From Octopus sinensis (lineage: Eukaryota), in NCBI RefSeq assembly GCF_006345805.1, contig NC_043013.1, forward strand, positions 17,608,001 through 17,672,000: a stretch of DNA of 64,000 nucleotides, written 5' to 3'. Shown in pieces: positions 1 to 12,802 of the stretch; within the stretch, counting starts at the first letter, position 1; every line of letters begins with the position of its first letter. The notes under the pieces were generated by a model. It made no database searches. It saw only the letters and a program-made list of their open reading frames with translations, and was not told where the DNA came from. Made by a program: the position numbers and the translations under genes.

Positions 1-683
1 GGGAGGTTTTGGCTGCTAATTCTAGTAGGTTGGTCAGCGAGTAATTGAATCACATATTGTCCCATTACTTTACATGACGGTCATTAATGCGCATTTCAAA
101 TTTGTTACCTGTATTGTTTTTTTTTCAATTAACTTATTATTATAACTACGAAGTACTTAACAAACTGCTATAATTAACACATGTTCCTTCTGTTATGGCC
201 TACAAAACCTCTACAAGCTACCAGCTTGCACTTTACAATATAGGTTATTAAATAAAAAGTAAATTAACATCATGTTCCATTACTATTATTGATTATTATT
301 ATTTTCCCCCTTCATCATAGAAGTAGAATTACCAAACATCTAAACGATCTGACAAATATCCATGTTCTTTATGGGTTAAAAAATAAATTTAACGTCGAAA
401 TTCGTAATGATTCACCCACAAGAATTTTTTTTTAATAAATAAATTCTTTACTAAGTTTTGTTGTGACCGGTTTAGGGTTTGAAATGTACAATTAAAAGGT
501 TACATTCAAATTGGTCTTCTAATAGCTAAAAAAACCCCAGATTTTTCGTTTGAAAAACCATTAGATTGAAACGGTAAATAACAGAACGAAAAGCCATGCA
601 AATTTTATTTGTGATATGAAATATGTGAGAACGAAGGATTAGCTTTGTCTCAAAAGTGCCATTTACACTCTTCTCTCTCCTCC

Positions 684-866
684 TTCTCTCATATACACAA
701 CACACTCTCTCTCTTATCTCCTCTCACATACACAATACTCTCTGTCTCTCTCTTTTTCTCTCACATACACAACACTCTCTCTCTCTCTTCTCCTTCTCTC
801 ACATACACAATACTCTCTCTCTCTTCTCCTTCTCTCACATACACAACACTCTCTCTCTCTTATTCT
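684..866. repeat. CT-rich minisatellite upstream of the promoter, about 5 copies of a 35-40 bp unit (CTCACATACACAAYACTCTCTCTC...)
   Basis: The core ctcac/tatacacaa recurs at about 686, 722, 758, 797 and 833, separated by (CT)n spacers. Confidence 0.85.
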
Positions 867-927
867 GTATACTCTCTCTTTCCAACCTCGCTCTCGGTTC
901 TCTCTCGAACAGTTGACAAGGTCCATT

Positions 928-997
928 GTGACGTCATAGCGCTGTTTCGTGACGTCATAGGCCGTGTCAAGGAAGTCCGGTGCGGTTTGCGCATGCG
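928..997 (+). promoter_or_regulatory. Proximal promoter of cyclin T: two CRE palindromes, an ETS site and an NRF1-like site
   Basis: TGACGTCA at 929-936 and 950-957 (GTGACGTCATAG repeated at 21-bp spacing), AGGAAGT at 970-976 and TGCGCATGCG at 988-997. The segment is CpG-rich and lies just upstream of the ATG at 1030. Confidence 0.7.
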
Positions 998-1029
998 GGC
1001 TTCCTCTGCTCTTCTTCAGCATCTTTCCG

Positions 1030-1190
1030 ATGGCGGGGTCTGAGAAGGAGGAACGATGGCTTTTTACCAAAACGGATATTTCTCATTCTCCCAGTACACG
1101 GGGTCCTGATCCTTTAGACCCGAAGAAGGAGTTACATTACAGACAGATGGCCGCAAATTTTATCCAGGAGATGGGCCAAAAGCTTCAGGT
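1030..1190 (+). CDS. CycT: Cyclin T, coding exon 1 (161 nt)
   Basis: Encodes MAGSEKEERWLFTKTDISHSPS...KELHYRQMAANFIQEMGQKLQV, the typical cyclin T N-terminus (RW.F...SPS...KEL.YRQ.AAN.IQ.MGQ.L.V). Ends in phase 2 before GTATCCTTT. Confidence 0.95.
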
Positions 1191-4100
1191 GTATCCTTTC
1201 TATATATGTCTCCATGTATACATATATGTGTATTTCTATGTATTTATCATGCATACATACATATATATCCCGCTTTGTCTGTACATTTATATTAATATAT
1301 ATAGATTCATATATATATTCATATATACATGTATCTAAGTGAGTCTACCGTGCATAGATAATAACTATTGTAGCGAAATGTCGGTTCTTTTTGGCCAGCA
1401 ATTATACGCTTTAAAATTCTGTCTGTTGTTGTCTCCCCATTTTAACTGACAAATTGACAAACGGTTTAGCCATTTAATTGTCATAATAATAGAAATACGA
1501 ATGTTTACACAAGTTAAAATATAAAACTAATAATAAAAAAAGGGAAAACTAGAAAAGCTCCCCCCCCCCATTTAAACAGTTACAAGTTAACACATTGGAG
1601 AGAGAGAGAGAGAGAGAAGAGAGAGAAAGAAAGAGTAAGAGATAGAGAGAGAAGAGTGAGTAAATATGGCGGTCGTCGGCTTTTAACTTTTCGATTTTCC
1701 CCTCTCCCTTATCAGAAAAATGACTCCCTTTTAATAAACAATGTGGTTAACCCTTAAGATGTTTGACATTTTCTTTTTATTTGACCCTCTCCCCTTTCTT
1801 CGACTCCTCATTTTTGCTCAGCACTATTTCTATCCGGGTGAAAAAGCTCATTGCTCTTTTTATATATAATAATAATTATTCTGTTTGTGTGTGTGTGAGT
1901 AAAGGAAAGAGGGAGATGAAATATGGAGTGTATTGTGTTGAGTATTTTGCAATTTGTGTTAGATGTGTAGTATATTGGGTATTTGCTGTGTTGATTGACA
2001 GTAGTTGTGTGTTGGAAGCTGTAATCTAAAATAAATGCTCATTGTAAATGAGTGGTTATTATTATTTTTTTTATTAATGACCTACTTCGTTATTTTGTCA
2101 TATATGTACTATACGCATATGTATATTATATATATTACCAAATCCCTAGCCACTGCATGTGCATGTTTCATAATAAATATATATGTATATATACACATAC
2201 ACACACATAATATGTAAACTACTGCTGTCTCAACCTCTTCGTATAAATTATTTAGACACAGATAAATATACTCATTTGATATACATGCAGAAATTATGTA
2301 ACCTGTTCTTTCATTCTATATAATACGTTACACATACGATATCACAAATGTACAAAAGCAATGTACATTCTATGTCCCCTATACATACTACAATATATTG
2401 CTTTAAGCTTTCTTTATACAAATATTATGACCATATCACGGACAGATACGTAGATTTACACACACCAATCCCCTCCTATATTTAATACAACACCATGCTA
2501 GTTTCTAGCCTATTATATTTATTGTTAGACTTGTAATGGTCACTGTTACATATCTTTTGAAATTTTCTACAGCTCGAATTAGGTTTTGTCTTTTCAATAG
2601 TTTTGGCTACAAATGGTCAGTCGGGGAGTGAGTCAAGGGAATTTAAAACATAACTGAACAACAGTTTGGAAATATCGATATTTAAATTAGATCTTCAAAA
2701 TTCGTGATGGTGTGTGTGAATATCTGTAACTAGATTCATGCTTGTAGCTCAAATCGAATTCCTATGGCATTCTTTACAGATATGATACTAATATCGAAAG
2801 AATGTATACTCATACAGGTTCAAGTAATTGTATGTATAAGGGAAGTGTTAATTTAAGTGCTTTTTCCAAAACCCTAAGACTAAAGAGAGGCCATGTTTTC
2901 GAGCCTGTTCTCACAGAAGATAAAGCCAGGTGATTTAGTATCTGTTAGTAAAAACTACCTTGAGAAATGTGTGCGTGTATGCTTACAATATAATTCTTAA
3001 CATTTTAGTTTTTCGTTAATTCACATATATGTGAATCTCTATTACTAAAGGCACGTGTTTACCCACACGTGTATAAAGATAGGTATCTATCACACATAAT
3101 CCTACAAACCGGCCTTCCCTATTTTTAATATATATATATCTTATTTGTAGAAAACAAACCCGGAGAAGAAGCACACTCGTGTGTGTGTTGGTTTGATATA
3201 GTCGTTTGTTCATAGCAGATTCGTTTTCTAGTTTCAGTCTGACTATACTGGGGCACGATGGCTAATTCTGAGCGAAAGGGTATGCTTCCTCTCTCTACAG
3301 ATTTCATTCTCTTTCAACGATTATTAAGTAGTTCCTTTTTTTATTTGAACCCTTACGTTTGGGTTACTGAGAGGAAGTCTTGCGGATATTCACTGATATC
3401 TGATCCACTATACATCCACCCCTTCGTCAACAGGCCTCGTGCCTTCGAAACCATTATTTCAAACATTCACATTGTCAGCACGTGACCTGCTAAGACTTCC
3501 TACATTTGATGTCTGTCTCTCTAAGTTTTCTTTGTAAACGCCTCTCTTAAAAGGAAAGATATCGAGGGAGACTTTTATATCCCCATCTCTTGTCCCTATG
3601 TCGCGGGTTTTTTTTTTTTTTAAAGTTAATCCCTACATCGTTGTATGGAACTCATTATCAACCATGTCAACGTACACTCCTTTCTTGTGAACCTTGTTCT
3701 ATCAGTCTGGCGGTTCTGGCTGGCTGGTTGGTGTGTTGCTGGCCTACTACGGTATATAAAGCTAGGCTTCACGTGACTTAACCGACCTGACCCCACACTG
3801 TACTATATCCAGTATCTCTGTCTTTGTAAATGTTTTGTACGATTGCACTAATTTAATTGATTGTATGTTTGTGTACTTCTATACAGGGAGAAAGACTCGT
3901 GCGCGCACGCGCGTACTGTTATTGTTCAGTTTCACCTACATCGCTAATGGACGTCCTTGGGAGAGGCATGAACGTTGCCGGATGACGAGTGTCGTTTTAC
4001 GGAAACATTTTAAGACCCCTATCTCTAAATTTATCTTGTATACATGTGTATATAAAATACTCGCATGCTTCGTTCGTCAATTTGCTGCGAGAACCATTTT

Positions 4101-7058
4101 CACTAAGGTCGTTGCTCTTGAATGAGGCATAAATAATACTTCACTATTTTAAATCCGTTCCTCTCCTGCTTCATGTCTGTTGGCACAAATGGAGATATTT
4201 GTAAGGTGTCTAAAGAGTAACAAAATTTCAAAAATACAAAAAAGAAAAGAAATCTCCTTAATCTGCAGCCTTGTCTTGTTTATATCTTACCTACTCTCCA
4301 CCTTTTCAATCATCTTTATTTATAATGTCATCTTCGTTTTACATTGATTATTGCTGAATAATTTATTCTCAAGAAAAATTCCGAATATGTTTCTTTTTCT
4401 CCAAGTCAGTAGGTGCTTATAGCGTGAATTGATGGGTATATTAGTATATTATTCTGGCTAAGTGTTTTCAATGTTGTGCTTTACCTAATATTGTTTTAGA
4501 TGTTCGTTGATCGTCGCATTCTGGCGAGATGTATGCTTGTGCCAATTCTTTTCAAATATTTCTGTGGATAAAAGATTTTTTTTTTCTCTCTTCTGTTTGT
4601 TGGACTAAGAAAACATTGGTAGTGTAAACTATCGTTCGTTTCCAACCAAACATATGTTTTATTTTGCTAACTTTAATTAACCTCTGTATAGCATTTTATT
4701 TGGTTCGTCTGTGTGATTGTGTGTTTAACTTTAACAAGGGTGTTACAATATGAACTGGTTGTTTAGCTAGGTTCTATGACATTAAACCGAAGAGGCATCC
4801 TCCTAGGTGGATGGCCATTATCGTGTTCCTCAGTATTGTGAAGAGTCGAGAAACAAAAACGACAGTTTGATCTGATTCTGATGTAATTAGCTTAAAATGT
4901 TTTAATTTTATAGTAAAAAGTAGAAATAAAACACATTTAGCTTCATTTTTCTTTTTTTTTCAGAAAATCAGTGTAATCCTCTAGAGGTTGTATTCTGTTT
5001 TTTTGGTGCCAGTTTTCCCTTTCTCGAAAATAGAAACCCTTTTCATCGTTGAGGTAAAGCCAAATGAATGCAAGCACTGTCAAGAATATTATTTATTATG
5101 AATACGCGACAAAGTGACACTTGACTGCACTAATTGTAAAGATCAATACATTTGTATATAATGAATATATATAATAGTGATTAGGTCGCCGTGTTGTTTT
5201 TCGAAGCTTCCTTACACATTTAATATTTCGTGTCTGAACAAATTTTAATCTATGACTTCAAAACTAGTCACCATTTGAGATATTTTAATTAACCATTTGG
5301 AGTCTAAAGGGTATGGAATCTTATAAATGTCTCCCACGGTCAAGTGTTTGGGCTGTTATGATTTATGAAAGACTTATCAGTGGATACAGACAATATGGCC
5401 TTGGTAAAGATCATTGACCCATGTTTGTTTTATATGCAGTAGCTTGAGAGAGGGAGAGTGCAAGGTTAATTACATTGTTTATACGAGAATTGCATTTGGA
5501 ACTGTTTTCCAGTTGATTTTGTCCCTTCTAATCCATAATCTAATTTGTCAACTATTCTCTCTCTCATATATATGATTTTTGTATAATTGTGGCCTTGATT
5601 GTAGTTGTGAGCAGACTGTTTTTCAATATTAAGATTAGACAGTAAAACAGCTTACTAATGCAGTGTGGTCTTAGAAATTTTTCGATTTCCATTCCAAGAC
5701 AGGACTGAAACTGCTTAGTATATTGGGTATGTAATTCTAGATACAAATACAGACCTACCTCACTTTCAAAAATGTTTAGAGCATTGTCTTTACATTAGTA
5801 CAATATATTTCTCTCTTACTATTCATATTTCCATTCCAGTTATTGTTGAAATGGCTCGTATCCTTTCCTGCACACCCTCCTGCCATTTTATTGTCGTTAA
5901 ATGTATTTCATCTTAACACTCCAATACTATAATCACCCACCATTATTCCTGTTCACACATAATATTTATTATGTTCAGAATGTAGTCGTATAATATTCCT
6001 CAGTGTTTTTTCCAGACTGGTGTTGAAAACTCTTCATAACCCCACACAGTGAATTCCTTTTCACATCACCTGTATGGTTCAAGTTTCTTAAATAGTAGGC
6101 ACATTGAATAAACGTGCCCCAACCTTTATCCCTTTTTGAAGGTAACCGTTCTGGAAAGATTTTGTTCTAGCTTCAAGAAGAAGGGTTTGCATTTAAAAGA
6201 ACGTTTTGTTATTCATGTAAGCACATCCTTGTTTGACTGAATGGTATGGTTACTTGCTTTTTATGCTTGAACGTTCTTCCTTCCTGTCATTGAGTGTAGG
6301 ACCTGTTTTTATTGTATGAGAAGAAATTGAACAAAGAGAACTAGGTATTTTTTCAGGGGTGCAGACAGACAGGCACACATACACCTGATGGCTAGTCTAG
6401 TAAGATGTGAATACATAACTTTGTAGTCCTATACATTAATTAAAAAATACACAGCTATCATAGTTGGTATTGTAGCAATTGTTAGTCTCCCTTCCTAATA
6501 ACTAGCCTTTATCTGTTCACTTGAAAAGATAAATTTTGTTTATCTTTGTAAACTGTTCAGTCTTGTTTTATAAAATAACTTGTGTCAATAGATAAAATCT
6601 TATATAAATTTTATCTCTGAGACTGTCTCTCCCCTGCCTTTTTTTTTTTTTTTTCTGCCAATGTCCAATCCAGTTTCTTATCTTTCGAGATTTATAATCT
6701 TTGCAGAAGAAAAAGTTTTTGAAAATGAATGATTTTTCGTTGATTTCATGCTGGTTTTCATTTTTGTTTTTCCTTACATTCCCTGAAAATTCAATAAGTA
6801 GTGTTGTGTCTGGATATATAACAAATTATAAATTTCCTTTTTTTAAATTGGTAGATTGAATTGACTTGCCTGATACTATTTTATTGAACTTCATCTAATG
6901 GGATTTGAACTTGGAACAGAGAGCAACAATTCTGTAAATGTTTCCTTCAATACAACCACCATTCTGTGGTCATTTGTTTTATTAGTGATTATCTATGAGT
7001 AGGTTGCCAGTGAGGGGCTAGAAATAACAAAATCTCTTAAATCACAACCCGACATCTT

Positions 7059-7280
7059 TAACCATTTAACATTTAAACCAGCCATATCCGACCAAAATAG
7101 TCTACCTGTTTTATATTCAAACAGGCTAGAGCTGGTCTCACATCTACAAAGTCATTCTAAAAAAATTAACTGTTACTTCATCAAAATCTCATAGACATTA
7201 GATAATGCATGATTAATTCAAAATAATGTGAATAAATGAGCATTACTTTTGACAGAATAATGTGAATGCTGAGAGGTTAT
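7059..7280. mobile_element. Degenerate piggyBac-like MITE, same family as 10062-10278
   Basis: Internal sequence shared with the 10062 copy (ctacctgttttatattcaaac, gcatgattaattcaaaa, gagcattac..ttgacaga.taat). Termini are decayed. Confidence 0.65.
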
Positions 7281-8740
7281 ATAGGACAGACATATTGGGT
7301 AGTCTGTGAGATTGGTCATTCATGGCAAAGATTTTATCATTGGTTTAATTGCAGGCTAACCTGGAGGTAAACAGCATCAATGTTTGAACTTCTGTTACTA
7401 AATAAATCAGCCATGATCTATTGTTGATAACTGTCTCTTTCTAAGTGGCTGAGTTCTACACACACACACATATAGTCTTAATACAGTTCTCAGGCTGTAT
7501 CAGCATGTAACAAGGCTGCACTGCTGAGTTCAAGTACAATCCAGAGAAAGACAAGAATAATCTCAGCACTGGACTTGTACTTTCTGAACCCTGTGGGAGT
7601 GTTGATGTCAATGGGATTTTATTCTTTGTGAGCTTAGTACTTTTTCTATCAGTCTTTTTTGCTGATAGGTGGGACTGAACCCGGAACCATGTGGTTGGTA
7701 AGCAAGTGACTTACCACACAGCTACAGTCTCTAAAAAAATTTTTCAATTTTAATGTTTTTGAGACATTGAGAGGTTTTAGTGTCGTAATTTAATTTTTTT
7801 GCTTACATAAGCAAAGTGATAGAAATATGGGGAGTGATAGACAGGACTGCCTTTACATAAGATTTTATATAATGTATATATATATATATGTATATGACCC
7901 TCTCTTCTAAAATGTGAGCAGTTATGTAGCTCCTCAATAGCAAGAAGCTTGTTCTACTCTTCCCTCTTTTCTCATTCTTTTACCTCTCATCTTCTATCAT
8001 AAAGCCCCAACCCATCTTCCTCAAAGTTTGTACTTTTGCAAGCTACATGACAACCATGCTGGTGGCACACACACAAAAATCGAAAAAAAAAAAAACAGTA
8101 CACACTGGAAAGTGATCAGTGTTAGGAAGGACATCTAAACCTCACCAAACTGGACATTATCATCATTTAACATCCATATTCCATGCTAGCATGGGTGGGA
8201 TGGTACAAGAGCCAACCAAACCGAAGCCTGGACCAGACTTCTGTGACAGTTTTGGCAGGATTTTTACTGCTGGATGCCCTTCCTAACACCAACCACTCAG
8301 CAGAGTCGACTTAGTGCTTTTTATGTGACACAAGCACAGGCAAGGTTTTTACAGCTGGATGCTTTCGAACACCGACCACTTTACAGTGTGGACTGGGTGC
8401 TTCTAAGTGGCACCTGCACTGACAGGGTCACCAAGTACTTGCAAGACAAAAAATTTTAAGAGGGGAGGAGGCATTGGAGGAAGTGATAATGAAAAGGTTA
8501 TGAGACAGATATAGGTGTCTTACTGAAGAGGAAGTACAAGAGGTTACCCAGCCAGAGAGGGAAAGATCAAGAATGAAGACAGAAACAGGTGTGCTACCGC
8601 ATTGGAGCGTAATGCAGTCCTTTGACCTACTGGATCCTGTTAAACTGTCCAACCCTTGACATGGAATATTTATGTTAAATGATGAAAATATAAACATAAT
8701 ATACATTTAATAAATAAATAAATATATATATACACATACA

Positions 8741-9985
8741 TACAAGATGCAGTGAATAAATTGTCTAAATTATGCAAATATGAAAATAAGTGACATCTCA
8801 TTTTAACATATATTTACCAAAGTTACATAAAAATATCTTGAAATATTAAAGAGTAAATTTATTCAATATAATTGCCATTGGCTTCAACCATGGCCTCCAG
8901 ACGACTTTGGAATCTCCTGCAACTCTTTTGGACATTTTCCTTGTTTAAGTTAGTGAATGCTGCCATAATCCTTGCCTTCAGTTCATCTTTGGTGTTACAA
9001 GGAGTTTTGTTGGTCTCTTGCTCAACTGCACCCCACACATAATAATCAAGGGGTTTGTAGTCTGAAGAGTTAGGTGGCCAGATGGTAGGGGTGACGTGGT
9101 CACAAAAATTGTTCGACAGCCATGACTGGGTTCTCTTGCTTGTGTGGCATGGTGCAGAGTCTTCCAGCAGCCACCCTCTTGATCCAGAGCTGTACTACCT
9201 CCTCCAGGCACTTGATGTAGGCCTCTGTATTGAGTCTGAGGTTGTGTGGGAAGATGAATGGAGACATAATGTTGCCATTAGTAGTGATTATTCCAAACAC
9301 CATGATGACTGGATATTTGATTTTTATCACTCTTGGTGCATGTTTTGGGGACATGGCAAGCCAACAGTTGTGTTTTACCATCTGATCCTGGCAGAAATTT
9401 TTCTCTTCCGAGAAGAACCAAAGCACGTTTGGTTGGAGGGAATGCTTGAGTTTTTTTCAAAAGCTTTGTCGCACGGCCTTTCCTCTTGTCCTTGATGGCT
9501 TGGGATAAAAATTAGCCCTTTCTCATCTTATATGAGGAATACCAATGGTCTTCATATACTACCTGCCTGATAAGATACTCAAACACTCCCATGGACCTGA
9601 TTGACTTTGAAGGATCGTTGTCAGTCATGGCCTAGATTTCACCAGCAAATTCAGGAGTTCTTATCAGAACAATCAGTGAGTTTTCCGAACTGCCATACCT
9701 TCGTAATCACCATTAGGCTCATCCAACGCTTTCCATATCCTCTACACTGTCCTCAGATTGACACCTAAACACTTTGAAATGTTCGTATTGGAGCTTCCAG
9801 TGCAAATGCCAAGCAGTATTGAATGTCGTTTCCAAATTTGTGGCAGAGTGAATTGTGTCATGGTGCTGTTCTCACAGATGGTACCCAATGGACCCTACTG
9901 TATACTGTGTCGTCAAAATCCAAAACTGCGCATGAGCAAAATTAAAACTATAAAATGGTGACAATTTACCCATTGCACCATATAT
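8741..9985 (-). mobile_element. Degenerate Tc1/mariner-superfamily DNA transposon (maT/DD37D-like), transposase pseudogene
   Basis: Minus-strand fragments FFSEEKNF, VMVFGIITTNG and WPPNSSDYKPLDYYVWGAVE...RLEAMVEANGNYIE*, with frameshifts. Imperfect TIRs tacaagatgcagtgaataaattgtc and gacaatttacccattgcaccatata, TA-flanked. Confidence 0.85.
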
Positions 9986-10061
9986 ATATATATAGATAGA
10001 TATATATTTGTGTGTACATATACATGTGGGCCATTGGTAAATATAAACAGAATCCATTTAA

Positions 10062-10278
10062 CCCTTTAGCTTTGAAACCAACCATGTCCAGCTGAAATAT
10101 TCTACTTGCCTTATGTTAAAACTAGCCAGATCTGACTTCTCATACCTACCCTACAATGTTATTCCAAAAATTAAACCCTCCCATTATTGAAACCTCAAAG
10201 ACATAAGATATTGCATGATTAATTCAAAACAATGCAAATGAGCATTACACTTGACAGAGTAATCTGAGTGCTAAAGGG
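10062..10278. mobile_element. piggyBac-like MITE
   Basis: Short TIRs ccctttagc and gctaaaggg, flanked by TTAA (10058-10061) and TTGA (10279-10282). Confidence 0.75.
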
Positions 10279-10537
10279 TTGAAAAAGTTGCTGGTTCATG
10301 TAAGAATTTTCTGTCAGTATGCCAGCCACTGTCAATAGCCTGGGAGAGTATTGGTTAATTCTCCTTTTTAAGATGTCAAATTAATATTTAAGATATTTTT
10401 TTTAAATGTGGTGGTTTAAAGTTGGAAATATATGAATAGTATATTGTTTTTTTCAAATGGTTATAATTGAAAATGTTTTTTAATTAAATTTTTCTTTTCT
10501 AAATGTGCCTTGCTAGTTTTCTTTAACACTTCTTCAG

Positions 10538-10619
10538 TACCCAGCTGTGTATCAACACTGCTATCGTGTACATGCATAGATTTTATATGTTGCGGTGTTT
10601 CCAAAAGTTCAGCAGGAAT
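10538..10619 (+). CDS. CycT: Cyclin T, exon 2 (82 nt)
   Basis: Encodes (V)TQLCINTAIVYMHRFYMLRCFQKFSRN, the cyclin-box motif. Followed by GTAAGT. Confidence 0.95.
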
Positions 10620-12159
10620 GTAAGTAGCTCAGTTTCCTTACTTTTTTTAAAAAATTTTTGTTTCAGTCATTGAACTGGAGCACTGCCTTGAAAGGTTTTG
10701 CTCAAAATAATCAACCTTAGTACTTGCATTTTTTTTTTTTAAAGTTAATCCTTATTTTACTGAATCCTTTTGCTGAATCAATAAATTATGAGGAACATAA
10801 ACAAATCACTGGTTGTCAAGCAGTGGAGGAATGACAAACACAGACACCAGCTTCTACAAAATTTTTGTCTCCCAAATTCATTCACAAAATCAGCCTGGGG
10901 TCAAGGTACCACTTTGTGAGACTGTACCTGAAACTGCATGGTTGCAAAGTGAGTCTTAATCACACGGACACACTTTTTCTTGAAATTTTATTGTAACAGT
11001 ACCAACAATACTGTCATTCCCTGTGTGGGAATAGCTTTATTGTTGAAACAATTTAATTCACTAAACATTTAACATTCTGTTCTACCTGTTATGAGTAAGT
11101 GTACTTAATTATTTCTTGATATTAATTCTTTTGAGGTGGGTGTGGAGAAGTACTTGTATTTATAAGATAGTTGGGACATAGAGAGGAAGTGTGACACGTC
11201 ACACCTGAATGTCTGGGAAGTGGCGTTTGTTCAGATTGCTAAAAGAGCTCATGGATCAAGCCAGGTGGTGTTTAAGCCCTTTTGATACAAACTTTCTGTA
11301 TTAAAGTGATCTAAATTTAAGCCTTCTATCAAATTTTCTGTTAATTTATATTTTAAACACCAGCTTTATAGTGACATTTTTTTTTCTATTTATGACTAAA
11401 TTCAGCATTATTTTCAAAATGAATAGAAATATAGGCACAGAAATGTGGTAACAAAAGTAAATATATTTTCATTTGGTATTATTTACAAAAGGACTAAAAT
11501 TTATACATTCTGAAAGGCCAATCCTGTCAGAAATTGTAGTGATCCCATCAACACTGGCAGTATTCAGTTTTGTTTTCTTATAGAATTCAGTGATTGAGAC
11601 ATCTATTGCTGCTTACTCACCCACCCCCTCCAAACCTTAGAGAATGTAGAATTAAATGGTCTGAACAGAATCAAGGATTTATTTTAACCATATGATACTG
11701 AGTTTATATCATAGGATTCAATACGAAAGCTTCTTAGCTATTTTGACAAGCCAAAATTGATAATGTCACTTTGACTGTGGAAGTTGACTCCTGAGAAGTT
11801 AATGAAATTAACGGAACAAATTAGTTAATTTGCAAATTAGCCAAATTTAAATAATTTTCTTGATGGAAAGCTATTAGTCAGACGTTGAGCTTCTGACATT
11901 TGATGTCAACCACTGACATCTGTAATTGTGATGTCATCGTGTTTTTAGCTAATGTTGTGGTATGTTAACAAACTAACCTCAGGGTTATCAATTAGCAAGT
12001 CATAATATCTGTCATCTCCAATAACAAATTTAGTTTTAAAAGTATGTGTTAGCCATTATATTATTTGTGATGATTCTCAAAAACTTTTATGTCCACATCT
12101 GTAGCCTGCAATTTGATAATGTCCTCTACTTATTTGGTTTTGCATTAAATTTTATTTAA

Positions 12160-12381
12160 CCCTTTCGTTACCAACCCGGCTGAAACCGGCTCTGGCTCTC
12201 TAGTACAAATGTCTTGTTTTCATAAGTTTTGAATTAAAATCTTCCACCAAACCTTAGTCACAATTTATGTTCCTAACACTAGCTTAATGATGACTAAGTT
12301 ATTTTACTAAATTCTTTGTTATATTTGAAATTAATTGAAAGAAACACATAGCATCTCAACAGAAATATGGTAATGAAAGGG
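12160..12381. mobile_element. piggyBac-like MITE with intact TTAA target-site duplications
   Basis: TTAA|ccctttcgttacca ... tggtaatgaaaggg|TTAA. A degenerate relative lies at about 11275-11460. Confidence 0.85.
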
Positions 12382-12802
12382 TTAAGCTATGAAAATCTTT
12401 TTAAGTAGAAAGTTGATTTAGAATTCCTCAGAAGTGAATTTACAATATTTCCTATTTCTTTTTCTTTCTTGCATTCTTAAACTTTTTTTTTATAGATTTT
12501 AACCACTAGGCTGTTAACGTGCCATCTACAGAAAAAACAAGAATTGTTTCTAAATAGAATTTTGGTTATGACATAGGAATTGTGTTTAAAAGAGATACAG
12601 ATAGCAACAAATTAACAGCACTTTCTGTGATATGAATTTCTCTCCAATGCTAATGTCACCTGGTTTATTGTTTATAAAGATCTCATCATAGAACTTGTAA
12701 CTTTTCACAGACTATAGTAAAATAGTGTTTCAGATTATCATTTTTTTGTCGTTTCAAAAGTTATTATTTTTAAATAAACCTTATCTTGCTTTGTCTTTCC
12801 AG

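Larger units (their letters stand above)
1191..10537 (+). other. U12-type (minor spliceosome) GT-AG intron 1 of cyclin T
   Basis: Donor GTATCCTTTC at 1191. Branch-site match TTTTCTTTAAC ending at 10527, 10 nt before the end of CAG at 10537, with only a short pyrimidine stretch. Splicing restores the frame (V-T-Q-L-C). Confidence 0.92.

Noticed and set aside
964-1338. 124-aa ORF as a single-exon gene
   Set aside because: Only 1030-1190 is cyclin T. The rest is 5' flank and read-through into the (TA)-rich intron.
3000-4130. Possible 7SK-like or other structured ncRNA hosted in the cyclin T intron
   Set aside because: I could not find the paired GAUC 5' stem, a Pol III promoter or any clear fold. 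It is kept only as part of the TE-free region finding.
4253-4268. U12-like branch TCCTTAAT followed by CAG
   Set aside because: The branch-to-AG distance (about 7 nt) is shorter than usual for U12 introns, and no convincing downstream donor follows.
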